From Macrostomum lignano (taxonomy: Eukaryota), in contig NIVC01000272.1 in assembly GCA_002269645.1 (NCBI GenBank), positions 62,001 through 126,000 on the forward strand: a DNA stretch of 64,000 bases, read 5' to 3'. How positions within the stretch are numbered: position 1 is the first letter of the stretch; the number at the start of each line of letters is the position of its first letter. Under the pieces are notes generated by a model. That model did no database searches. It was not told the DNA's origin and saw nothing but the letters and a program-made list of their open reading frames with translations. This document shows, in pieces, positions 48,601-60,824 of this stretch. The position numbers were made by a program, and so were the translations under genes.

Positions 48601-51600
48601 ATGGTTTGGACACCTGCTATTACAGTCGACACTGTGTGAGTTGACGAAAGTTTTTTAACCTGTTGACATCATCAAAGTAAAAATGTGCTTCGAACTTCGA
48701 ACGCAGAGTGGAGATGAAGCATGTTGTACTGGACGAGTCGCCTGTTTCGATCAGTGCAGCTGGATGGCTTCGTCATAGTACTGTGCTTCTCGTGACCTTC
48801 AAATGTCAAATGCAAATGCACCTGTTTCCTTTCGACAGTCAGATGTGTGGCGTTAGCATCCGGTCTCAAACACCTGCCACCACGGCGCTCAACTTACTTT
48901 TTGACAAACAATATTCTGTCGAAAGATACTTGTCAAAGAGCAACGAATTCTGCATCAAGAAGGTTTTCCTAAAGAAATTTAATATAGATGCTCTAACTGC
49001 GCCGATGCTTCTGCTTACGTTTCAGGTAAGAAAAATCGTAAAACAGTAAAAAATCTATGTACGAGCTGTAAATAATCAGCGGTCGCAGTGCGTCACCACA
49101 GTGCAGCAGTGTGTACCATGACCTTTGTGCCCGCTGGGCACTTATTCTTGCCTTTTAATGCCATAAACTACATTTAAGCCCGCTTGTAGGAGTCAAACTT
49201 ACTTTAATGCAAATTAGCGGGCAGTTAATAGTACATTAATACCCATGCTTTAAGGGCGTTAATGGGAAAATCAGAGGGCGCCGTTAGGCACCCGAGGATT
49301 TCTCATTAACGCCCGCAAAGCATGGGTATTACTATCATTGTGCCATAGACATTTGTGTCCTTGACAAAGTGGCAGTTAATACATTAACTGCCCGCTAATT
49401 TGCATTAGAGTAAGTTTGAAATAGACAATCGGGCGTTAAATGTCATTGACTGCCCGCTAATTTGCATTAGAGTAAGTGTGACTCGTGCAAGCGGGCTTAA
49501 ATGTAGTTTATGGCATTAAAAGGCAAGAATAAGTGCCCAGCGGGCACAAAGGTCATGGTACAATGACATTAACTGCCCGCTAATTTTGTCCCACTTTGTC
49601 AAGTACTATTGGTTTTGTCAGCCTAACTGAGAATAAAGCCATCCAAAGTGAGAATCCTGCCTACGCTGACTGCGAAGGGCCTGGCTGCGTGCAGCCTTAG
49701 TCTATGGGCCATAGACAATAAAGGACAAGCAAAGTGATAAAAAGCCATCCAATGTGAGAATCGATTGGTCTATGCGTCGTATTCTTTTATTTTGCTTGTC
49801 CTTTATAGTCTATGGCTCATAGACTAGGCTGCACGCAGCCAGGCCCTTCGTATTCAGCGTAGGCAGGATTCTCACATTGGATGGCTTTTTATCACTTTGC
49901 TTGTCCTTTATAGTCCATGGCTCATAGACTAAGGCTGCACGCAGCCAGGCCCTTCGCAGTCAGCGTAGGCAGGATTCTCACTTTGGATGGCTTTATTCTC
50001 AGTTAGGCTGACAAAACCAATATTAGACAATAATATCATAATATTATCTAAGAGTTTAAACATTCAGCGGACCATAAAACCATAGAAAACCATAGAAAAC
50101 CTAGATTGATTCGTATAGATGAAATTCAATTTTTCAAATTCTATTTTCGATGGCTAAAACTGAATTTAAACAGTTCAATTCAGACTTTAAACTCACAATC
50201 ACTGTGACTAAAATGTCAGAACACATGTGTGCTCAATCAGACGTTTTCACAGGCCAAACAACGGGGTAGGAAGCGCAGTGTGTAAGCTGAGCAAACCAGT
50301 CTAGGCTGCATTCTTGGCAACCATGATGGCATCCACAACTGACTCCGCAATTCTCTGCAGTACCATGAGACGCCAATCCTGTATTAGATTTCGTCTGGTG
50401 GACTCTCGCTTCGTTTGCAGAGTGGGTGCGACTTGTCTGAATTTAACTGCACTGTGTCTTAAATTCAGGGTTCTGCCTGCGCCCGAGCGATGGGCCATAG
50501 ACGTTTTGACCAATAGAGGAAAGTACGTGTAGAAACTTTAGTTAAATATAATTGACAGGGTCTTGAAATAAATTCTCGAATTCATAAACAAAACAAAAAA
50601 TGCTATACATGCAGTACTCATAAATATTGTCGTAACCCGCGTCGTTTTGGGTTCCCAGTCCCGAGTAAAATATATTATACGTAATATAACAGGCGTAGTG
50701 ACGCTCTGTCTGTACTTTTATGGATACGAGCAGGCGTGCGACGCCCTGCGATAATAGTTCGATCCCTCTGGTGTTGTGACACTCAGAGTTCACACTGCGG
50801 CTCGAGGTGTGGTGACACTCTCGAGTGCTTCTAGTTTCGATACTGTAGGTTGTACACACTATATAAAGTAACCGGTACAGTACTACAATAATACACAATA
50901 TACTATACGCTGCTGTGCTGCAGTGGTCACAGTCGCAGGCGTGATGACGCTCTAGCTATGGAACCACTGCTACGGCAAGGCCTCAGAAAAGCTAAAGAAG
51001 CGAATGAACTCGGGGTTCTACCGGTGCCAGAAGCTGTGAGGCTCGTTCGAATATCGCTACCACTTGACCGCTTTATTTGCTCGCAATCAATTGAGTCCTC
51101 GCAGTAAGAGACCGTCTAGACACGGCTCGCTTGAGTATCACATGCAAAATTAGGAGACTTCGCAGTAAGACACCGTCTTTACGACTCGCTTGAGTATCGC
51201 TAGGTTAGTTTGAAGAGCTAGGCGAGGGGAGTGGAGCGGAGTGCGGCCAGCTGGCTGGGCCAGGCTTGAGCACTGTATACCACTTAACAGGGTAGAGGGG
51301 CAGACAGCGTGAGAGAGAGAAACGCCAAACAAAAGAAATGAACTCTCAGCCAATCAGCGTGCCCGCCGAGCAGATCTGACTGAAGAGGGGCTTGAAAAGA
51401 AAAACACAAAAACACAAGCCCAGCCAATCAGTGGCCGCTGCGGGGAAAGACTCCAGCCGGACAGAGCGCCCCCCCCCCAACCAGCCAGAACTGGTCTGGG
51501 GATGGCCGCCTAGGGCGCACGCAAAAACAACTAAAAAATTGCAAGAGCACTCAACAGACCAGACATCACAATATACGAGCGTATTTTAAATATATAAATA

Positions 51601-52422
51601 AATTACATATATAATTAAATATATAACTAAAAATAAATAATATAATATGAAAATATGAAGGCCAACATCACGGACTACTTAAGTATAAACGACAATTAAG
51701 TAGTCCGTGGCCAACATATGCGTATGGTTATTTTCAGAGACGGGTGGCGTTCTACGTGACGAACCTGCTCTTTCCGAGCATCCTCCTGCTCGCCATCTCC
51801 GCACTCGCATTCCGAATGCCTCCAGACTGCGGCGAGCGAGTCTCCTTCAGCATCACCATCGTGCTGTCCATGTGCGTGTTCCTGCAGCTGGCTGGCAACT
51901 ACACGCCCACGCAGAGCGAGTCCGTGCCGCTCATCAGTGAGTCGCGAGATGGTTATTGTGCTGACCGAATCTCTGTACATGTATGCTTATGCGGTCACAA
52001 TTTCCGTTGCAGCTTGGTACTTCAGCATCGCAGTATTGATGACAATTCTGAACGTGCTGTGCAATGCATTCGTGCTGAGGTGTCACTCCAAGCAGCATAA
52101 AAATGCTTACGTCAGCAACCGGCTGATCCGTGCTCTGTTCCTTAACCGACTCGTGACTGGGAGGAAGCCACAGGTGGATGCTGCACAAGATACAGCTGAC
52201 CAGTCTGAGGGCTCTGATGGAGCCATCCCGCCAAGTCCCCTAACAACGACCAATGAGTGCAGCATTGTTGTAGCGTCAGCCGACAAAGTGTTCTTTGCGA
52301 TGAACATCTTCGTCACTGTGCTTACAGTCATAGTCACGAGTGCATTTGCAGTCAGTGCGTATTCGAACAATTGCATTGAAGGAACCTTCTCTTCGTTGGT
52401 TGATTTGGTCAAAGACGAATGA
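45646..52422 (+). CDS. nAChR-like Cys-loop ligand-gated cation channel subunit, gene B, intact, 433 aa, non-alpha type
   Basis: Exons 45646-45855, 45923-45967, 48517-48635, 48707-49025, 51738-51936, 52013-52422; 1302 nt open frame, all GT-AG. Signal peptide, YNRAVRP, WFDSRLVW, Cys-loop CQMQMHLFPFDSQMC, M2 GERVSFSITIVLSMCVFL, four TM segments; 45-nt exon as in nAChR genes; AATAAA at 52547. Confidence 0.9.
46733..47310 (-). mobile_element. Internally deleted Tc1/mariner element in intron 2 of gene B
   Basis: About 38-bp TIRs (CTCAGCAATAGTCAAAAGTTCCAC.. / ..GTGGAACTTTCGACTGTTGCTGAG), TA on both flanks, transposase C-terminus on - strand: QDDNAPPH, WPSRSPDMNPIEHVWD (one frameshift), PRRVAALLRARGSRMRY-stop. 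Confidence 0.88.
49113..49562. mobile_element. MITE/foldback element in gene B intron 4
   Basis: Inverted arms GTACCATGACCTTTGTGCCCGCTGGGCAC.. / ..GTGCCCAGCGGGCACAAAGGTCATGGTAC. Confidence 0.8.
49607..50022. mobile_element. Second MITE/foldback element in gene B intron 4
   Basis: About 155-bp near-perfect inverted arms TATTGGTTTTGTCAGCCTAACTGAG.. / ..CTCAGTTAGGCTGACAAAACCAATA, TA termini. Confidence 0.85.
50652..51570 (-). repeat. Unclassified dispersed repeat, copy 2 (inverted, longer)
   Basis: Reverse-complement match to 44627-45184 plus about 370 bp absent from copy 1. Confidence 0.75.
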
Positions 52423-53990
52423 ATGAAGAGAAACGTGATAACGTGATGCTACGGTGCGCCTGTGCACCATGAGCTTATCAGTAGTGACTGAACTTTTGCT
52501 ATCGATAGCTTTCATCTTAAATTTCTAATATCTTGCGTAGTCTCGAAATAAAACTGAAAGGTTTGTGTACTTTATACGAGCGTAAATGGTTGATAGCAAT
52601 CAGACTTTCGGTAACTACTATAACTTAACTTAACATTACAATTATCTTAATTCAAACGGTTCTACACAAAATTCTGAAGATATGGCTTGGGATAGTGTTT
52701 GGAAGACTTGCGATCTTGAATGCTGGAACTTTGCTACGATTATGTTTCTTCTATTCAATGGATGGATGTTTCGCTTGCATAGATAAAGTTTTAATTCTTT
52801 TATCTGTGGCAGGGTGCGCATCGCCACCTACTGCTTTTTGGAATTCACTCGAAAACCCTGCGATTTTCTCAGAACTATTGTAAGCCAGAGTATTTTCGAA
52901 ATATTAGTTGTAGCCCATTCTCGATTCGCGAGCCTTTAATGCGTCACTTTTGCATAAATTTTCTCTGAGGTTGATGCACTTGATCGGGAAACCCGCGCGT
53001 CTAGTTGATCCCAAATGCTTGGCCTCACCAATGCGAATTTACCCTTTGTTTGATAGACTTGCGGACCCCGTATCATAAACTCTGTATTGTCTTGTGATCG
53101 GTAGTAACAGTCTTTTACTGTGAAGACTCAATTTATTACATAGCTAGGGTTAAGCTAAAGTTTTTTGCCATAGTCAGAGGTTTCGGCATACTCTGTTCGA
53201 TTATAGTTTTTCCTATCTTTCAGCGCTTCTCCCTTTTGCTCACTTCCTCGCACTGAACGCAACGTTTTTTTGACTCACCTACCCTGTTTGTTAAAACAGT
53301 TTAATACTTATCTCATCCCTGTACTTCGTTTACTTCACCTAATTTTTTGATGCCCGTTTTCGCTCTTTGAGCATTGCGTTATACGAGTAGCGATTAATTT
53401 TTTTCGTGCAAGATACTCGGTATTATGATATCTAATATTTCAACGTTAAGACGGTAGAGGGGTTCTTTGTTTTTATTGGAATGTGCTCATGCCAAGAAAC
53501 CTGGTATGGTTTGAGGAGTAAAGTTTTTGTTTATACCATTGTAAGTCTGTACTATACTACCCTCACTCGTAATCGCCTAGTGCACCGGCCTATTCCGCTT
53601 CAAGCCACCTTTCTCAGCTCCGACTTTCTAATTTGTTATAACGTACGAGTGTAAATTGCAAATTATGCAAACTTATCAACCCAGGCTAAAGCCTGTGTCA
53701 ACCCCGCCTTTTATAAAATTGAGAATCAATACGTACCTGGCACAAGACTCAAGTGTGCTCAACTTGAGTATCTTGCTTTGTGTAGCTACTATTGGCAATG
53801 CGGCGCTAGCGCCAAGTGTTAAGTTCTCTATTCTTCATATTCTCTTGTTAACACAGTAAATAAGGCTTTCGTGACAATGCAAACAACAGAATATTGCTAT
53901 TGAATTAGAGTTTATTCATACACGCTATAAAACCCATTGGCTCAAGTTGTTCCCTCATGATGTGTCGCAATCAGTCAAACTCCGTCCGTC

Positions 53991-56407
53991 ATGGTTCCTC
54001 CCAGTTGCCTCATCGTCTCCTTCGCTGCTCTGCTCGCTGCTTCAACCGCTGAAGCTGCCAATGAAGCCTCGCCGGACGCTGCTGTGATGGCGGCGCTGAA
54101 GCTCGGCACCGAGTACAGCAGGGCGGTCCGGCCGCCCCCGGACAACGGTACCGCAAACACTGTGACCTTGTTCATCTTTCTGTTCAGCCTCGTCAAAGTG
54201 GTGAGTTGATATTTGCTATAGCTCTTCAAGACATTGATTTAATCAGCAGTAGTCTTTGTCAACTTCGCAGGACTCAGCGTCTCAGGAGGTGACACTGCAG
54301 TTTTCTCTCTCGAAGGTCAGTACTTGCTTATATCAATTAAAATAGAGCGATATTTTGTCGAATTGGTTTCATTAAGAAAAGAACCAGCTAAAAGCTTTTA
54401 AAACCTCATCGTAGCAATGGTTCGACTCTCGACTATCATGGCTGACGAAGCCAAATTCGTCATTCGGCGGAGTGCGGAGAATATCGGTTCCCTCAAAAAT
54501 GGTCTGGATACTGGTCTTACTTTCGACAATGTGTGAGTTGATGTCCCCTGTCTTTTGCCATCTCGCAGCAATTTATTAATTATGTTTCCCAATCTATTAC
54601 AGGTTGGGAATAAAAGACCTTTCACTGGACGAGCCGCCTGTTTCAATTTTTATCAATGGATTGGTTCACCACCAGAAAGAGCTGCTCGTCACGTTCAAGT
54701 GTCAGATGGAGATGCAATATTTTCCGTTTGACAGTCAGAAATGCGGCATTAGCATCCGGTCTCAAAATTTACCTCACGAGACAATGCTGAAAACAAATTT
54801 CAACAGAGACTTTCCTACGGAAAAATACTTGTCAAGGAACAACGAATTCTGCATCAAGAGAATCTTTCTGGAGAAGCATCGATTGGATTTAGTTGATGCA
54901 GTATTCTTGCGCTTAAATTTCAGGTAAGAGAAAAAAATGTGCACGATAATTTCTAAGGATGATTTCGTAATATTTATACACACACTTGCTACTGGGCAGA
55001 GCAGCTCAACGGTCTGACTCTCGCATCATGACCCTGGTTCGATTCCGTGCGAGGCCATATTCATTTGGGGCTTTTGTGTACTTAAATTATCCAAAGGCTT
55101 TCGTGCGATTCACCCCTATGAGATTATGATTATTATTTCAGCTCGTATATGCTAGGCCGAGGCATCCTATACCACTTTTTCTCTTTAGCCTCTGCTTAAG
55201 CCTTTCGGAACTTCAGGCCTCTTTCAAACTATAGAGCCTTTTTCGACATGAAATACGCGTTTTAGCCCACCCATTGGAGCAGGATTTGCGCCTTGATGCA
55301 TGGACTGTTTCTGCGTTGCATGTTTCTCTAACCGGTTTGCTCGGAAGCCGAGCTTCTTGCTCCCAATTGAAATCACCTTTGAGTATGATTATCAATTTAT
55401 TGAATTTGATCTAATCAATACGAGCGTAAATGCAAACAAAAAATAGTTTACATCAATGTACCGTTTGATTGTGTCTTTAGCGCCTGTGCATGATGCTAAA
55501 CTTCCCGTGGACTGACCGTTTCACACGTGTTCATAAAGCCTCGGTAGTCTTTTGCTCCGAGGCTCATACGCTTATGAACACGTGTTCACGTTCATGTTAC
55601 GTGAACACATGAACACGTTATGAACACGTTTATGAACACGTGTTCATAAAGCCTCGGTAGTCTTTTGAACGTAACAATTAGACAGATCAACCTAAAAGTG
55701 TTATTGCATTGCTTCTCTTAAGAGACGGTCGGCGTTCTACGTGACGAACCTGCTCTTTCCGAGCATCCTCCTGCTCGCCATCTCCGCACTCGCATTCCGA
55801 ATGCCTCCAGACTGCGGCGAGCGAGTCTCCTTCAGCATCACCATCGTGCTGTCCATGTGCGTGTTCCTGCAGCTGGCTGGCAACTACACACCGACACAGA
55901 GCGAGTCCGTGCCGCTCATCAGTGAGTCGCGAGATGGTCGTTGTGCTGACCGAATCTCTGTACATGTATGCTTATGCGGTCACAATTTCCGTTGCAGCTT
56001 GGTACTTCAGCATCGCAGTAGTGATGACAATTCTGAACGTGCTGTGCAATGCATTCGTGCTGAGGTGTCACTCCAAGCAGCACAACAGCGCTCACGTCAG
56101 CAACCGGCTGATCCGTGCTCTGTTCCTCAACCGACTCGTGACTGGGAGGAAGCCACAGGTGCATGCTGCACAAGATACAGCTGACCAGTCTGAGGGCTCT
56201 GATGGAGGCATCCCGCCAAGTCCCCTAACAACGACCAATGAATGCAGCATTGTTGTAGCGTCAGCCGACAAAGTGTTCTTTGCGATGAACATCTTCGTCA
56301 CTGTGCTTACAGTCATAGTCACGAGTGCATTTGCAGTCAGTGCGTATTCGAACAATTGCATTGAAGGAACCTTCTCTTCGTTGGTTGATTTGGTCAAAGA
56401 GGAGTAA
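53991..56407 (+). CDS. nAChR-like subunit gene C, complete exon set but two single-base deletions (pseudogene or sequence error)
   Basis: Exons 53991-54200, 54271-54315, 54415-54532 (118 nt, one C short at TGG ATA C[C]T GGT), 54603-54923 (321 nt, one T short at GCA GT[T] ATT), 55723-55921, 55998-56407. Confidence 0.8.
54995..55070 (+). mobile_element. tRNA-derived SINE remnant in gene C intron 4, orthologous copy at about 59400-59485 in gene D
   Basis: AGCAGCTCA A-box-like and GGTTCGATTCC B box; same position in both paralogs. Confidence 0.5.
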
Positions 56408-58087
56408 TTTTATCTTGTTTCAATGCTATTAAGCACCAGTGCAGAAATACGTGCGTATTTTGCTATCGCTAGCAAAGGTGGTCAGGATTTTAAGTAAATA
56501 AATAATCTTTCCACTCGTTGAAAACTAAAAAGTGACATGGAAAAATCTAATGCTGAAAAAATTCAGTCTTGTTCCGCTTTCAAGATCTCGGAGGCGTCTT
56601 GGGAAAGAGAAAGAGCTAGTTTCTCAGCGATGCACTGACAGTACATTGACAGACATCAATGACAGAGAAACGATTTGAAGAATGGGTAGATGCTTTAGCA
56701 TTTATATTTAGGGCAGCTTTGCATGATTAATGCTCGACCCTATCAGAATTCTTTCAGTGGGAGCGGAAAGAATTTCTTTATATGATAAGGTTTTGGAATT
56801 TAACTCAAGATGCACGTGAAACTTTTCGTGTATTTTTTGTACGCTTGTACGCTCGTAAAATGAAGAAAGATGTTGCCTAGTTCCGCTTCTCAGTGACTTC
56901 TTTGTCACGCTCATTTGAAAATTTGTAACGGATTAAAGTTTGACTGATCTCGTTTTCTATTTCTTGTCCATATCGTACCTCATTTTGGTGAAAATTTCGC
57001 ATCATATTCGTAGTTACCTCGTAGTTTTTTATGGGACTCGGTAGCTGCCCATGGACTGACGGGATGAATTTTGATTATGTTCGTGTGCCAGGATACTTTT
57101 CGTCGATGCTGCCTCGCAACAAGTACATTAAAAATGGAGGTTCAATTACTGGTTTTATACATATTTAACTGATCCATGACAGTTTATTTGACGATGCCAT
57201 TAATTACGAGCTAATTGGTTATGCTGGATGCGGTACATGCAGAGGTCCACAGCCTATAAACGTGCGACAACAAAACGCTCTCAGTAAAAAACTAACGAAA
57301 GCAGATTTAAATCTTGCGTAGAAAATCATGCAGTAAAACAAAAACCTAAAAATGTTTCAACGAAACGGAAAAAATAACTCCAGAAAGTTAACTAGCAAGC
57401 TTCTACCCCCCGTCAGGGAGGCAATAAAGAATGGAATAAATGTTTTGAATAATCTACATGTAGCCTTTGAGCTTGTAGAGTCACTGTTGTTAGTTTCTGG
57501 AGGAAAATGATGTTTAAAGCAAAACAGCATCAGCCCTGAAAGCCAGCTGTGTAGCCTGAGATATCAGCTCCCCTTTTTGAGCTTTGGCTCTGAGCAACTC
57601 TCTCACACTACGCTCGTAATGTGTTATCATTTTTTCAGCTGATAGTTATTTTACACAATTGGAAAACAAAAATACCAGAAACAACTCTTGAATTTTCGTT
57701 TTCCTCTAAAACATACGTGTTACCCACGGGTGCAACTTGCATCTTGTAGAAAATTATTCCGCCGAATCGCATCTCGCCGAAAAGCATTTTTCCGACATGC
57801 ACATAATCAACACTCTCAGTTCGTCGAAGCAAAATATGAAACTTTGAAGTGTCTCATTTCGCTGAAAAGCATCTCGCCGAAGTTTTCAAAGGCGTGTTAC
57901 GAGCTAATAGGTCATAAGATGCCACCATGGTTTTTACAGATTATCCACTAGTTCAGAGGATTATTCAGTAGGTTCTGATTCAACGCGTGATACGGTACAC
58001 CAAACGGTTATTAAATCAGTCACGAATCCGAGTGTTGTACTTCTAAGTAACTGTAACTGTCTCTGTTAACCACCCATGGACAATATA

Positions 58088-58678
58088 GCATTTTGCGTTG
58101 CACTTAAGCTTACGGGCAAATCACTTAATCCTAAGTGGCAGAATTACACTGGCGAGGGCAGCTGCCGATCGATTCTATGGTCTCAACTGGTGGCTAATGG
58201 GCAATTTACTTTAGCCTTAGGGTACAGACTTAATCCATTCATGCTCTATCGCAGTTTGAAACGCTTTCAATCGGCCGCCCAGTGGGTGGTGCTGTGGCAA
58301 GGGCATAATTTTAATCGGTCAATATGAGCAACATATGAGCAAATGAGCAAAGTATGAGCAAATGAGGGAACATCGGCAGGTGGTTGGTTGGCCATAACAA
58401 AGTGGGAAAGTAAACAACAGCAGCTGCAACACAGTTCTGGCAATGAGCCAAAATGAGCATAACATGGACCATGTTGAGCTCATTTTGCTGCGAGCCTTAG
58501 CTTCTAGTTCGCTTTTATAGAGCATGAATGGATTAAGTCAGTGCCCCCAGGCTTAAGTAACTTGCCCGCCAGCCAACGGTTTGGGCCATAGACTTGATCG
58601 GCAGCTGCCCTCGCCAGTGTAATCCTGCCACTTAGGATCAAGTGATTTGCCCGTAAGCTTAAGTGCAACGCAAAATGC
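58088..58678. mobile_element. MITE/foldback element immediately upstream of truncated gene D
   Basis: About 165-bp inverted arms GCATTTTGCGTTGCACTTAAGCTTACGGGCAAATCACTT.. and reverse complement at 58516-58678. Confidence 0.8.
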
Positions 58679-58819
58679 AAAGTGCAACGCAAAAGCAAAA
58701 TGCAAAATGCCAGAAATATACTTGAAAATCCCCCCTAGTCTCTGAGTTGTGCGAATAGTTTTCCCACAGATATAAAATACTTGGCAATATTGGTGCAGGA
58801 CAACTTAATCAGCATTCAG

Positions 58820-60824
58820 CACTTTTACTCACTATCGACTATCATGGATGGCAATGTCTAATTCAGCATTCGGCGGAGTGCACAACATATCCGTTCCTTC
58901 AAAATTGTTGTGGATACCTGATGTTACTGTTGACACTTTGTGAGTTGAGGCCCCGTTTCTGTCGCCCGCCATCTCGCAGCAGTTTATAATGCTTTTTCCC
59001 CATGTCTTACAGGATGGAGATAAAGGATGTTACCCTGGACGAGCCACCTGCTTTAATTTTTAACAGCGGATTTGTTCAACACCAGAAAGTGCTGCTCGTC
59101 ACGTTCAAGTGTCAGATGGAGATGCAATATTTTCCGTTTGACAGTCAGAAATGCGGCATTAGCATTCGGCCTCAAACTTTACCGCACGAGACAATGTTGA
59201 AGATATTTTTTCTACAAAACTTTTCTACAGAAAAATACTTGGCAAGGAACAACGAATTCTGCATCAAGAGAATCTTTCTGGAAAAGCATCGACTGGACGT
59301 ACTTGATGCGGTTATTCTTGTGCTTAAATTTCAGGCAAGAAAGAATCACGTGCACTTTATTTTCTAACGAACTATTTCGTATTTTTATTACATTTACTTG
59401 CTACAGAGCAGCTCAGAGGTAAATGTGTTGACTCTCGCGACATGACGCCTGTGTGTTCGATTCCGTACGTGGCCACATTCATTTGGCTTGTGCACGAAAA
59501 TTAACCGAAGTTTTTCGTGCCATTCAAACCTGTTAGGGCCAACATCCAAGGCACCGAGAATGCACCTTGCCTGACGACTAGAAAGTCAGAATCGCTGTAC
59601 AGCCTGGGTGAGCTTGTATGAGTGCGTGCCTGTGTACAGTAGTAAAATTACCTCAGTGCTTGTGGGACAATGTCACTGAAGGCTTTGCGCCAGGGCGCCC
59701 GCAGCCCTCTTTCAACCTATAGATACTAATTCGACAAGAAATACACATTTTAGCCCACCCATTACAGCCGAAGGGAGGAGGGACCTTGATGGACTGTTTC
59801 TGAGTTGCATGTTTACTTGCTCGAAATAATTCGTACCAAAACCGATCGCGATATTTCTTGCGATCGGTTTGGTACGAAGGCCTCGCTTCTCGTTCCTAAT
59901 TGAAATCCTTTCAAGTAGGACTACAACTTTGTTGGATTTGACCCAGTAATTAAATGCAAACACAAATAAGTTCACTTGTATGCATGTACCGTTTTATCGT
60001 GGATTTAGAGACTGCGCAAGCTGCTGAAATTCGCATTGAACAGATCGTTTTGCGAGTTAAAAAAGTCATGGTAGTCTTTTAAATGTAGCAATTTGGATAG
60101 ATTAACCTGAAAATATGCTATTGCATTGCTGCTTTCAAGAGACGGTCGGCGTTCTACGTGACGAACCTGCTCTTTCCGAGCATCCTCCTGCTTGCCATCT
60201 CCGCACTCGCATTCCGAATGCCTCCAGACTGCGGCGAGCGAGTCTCCTTCAGCATCACCATCGTGCTGTCCATGTGCGTGTTCCTGCAGCTGGCTGGCAA
60301 CTACACACCGACGCAGAGCGAGTCCGTGCCGCTCATCAGTGAGCCTCGAGATGTTCGTTCTGCTCACCAAATCTCTGTACGTGTATGCTTATAAGTTCAT
60401 AATTTTCGTTGCAGCTTGGTACTTTAGCATCGCAGTAATGATGACAATTCTGAACGTGCTGTGCAATGCATTCGTGCTGAGGTGTCACTCCAAGCAGCAC
60501 AACAGCGCTCACGTCAGCAACCGGCTGATCCGTGCTCTGTTCCTCAACCGACTCGTGACTGGGAGGAAGCCACAGGTGGATGCTGCACAAGATACAGCTG
60601 ACCAGTCTGAGGTCTCTGATGGAGACATCCCGCCAAGTCCCCTAACAACGACCAATGAGTGGAGCATTGTTGTAGCGTCAGCCGACAAAGTGTTCTTTGC
60701 GATGAATATCTTCGTCACTGTGCTTACAGTCATAGTCACGAGTGCATTTGCAGTCAGTGCGTATTCGAACAATTGCATTGAAGGAACCTTCTCTTCGTTG
60801 GTTGATTTGGTCAAAGACGAATGA
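58820..60824 (+). pseudogene. nAChR-like subunit gene D, 5'-truncated duplicate
   Basis: Exons ~58820-58939 (5' end degenerate, +1 nt), 59013-59334 (GC donor CAG|GCAAGA), 60140-60338, 60415-60824; no copy of exons 1-2 found between 56407 and 58820. Confidence 0.75.
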
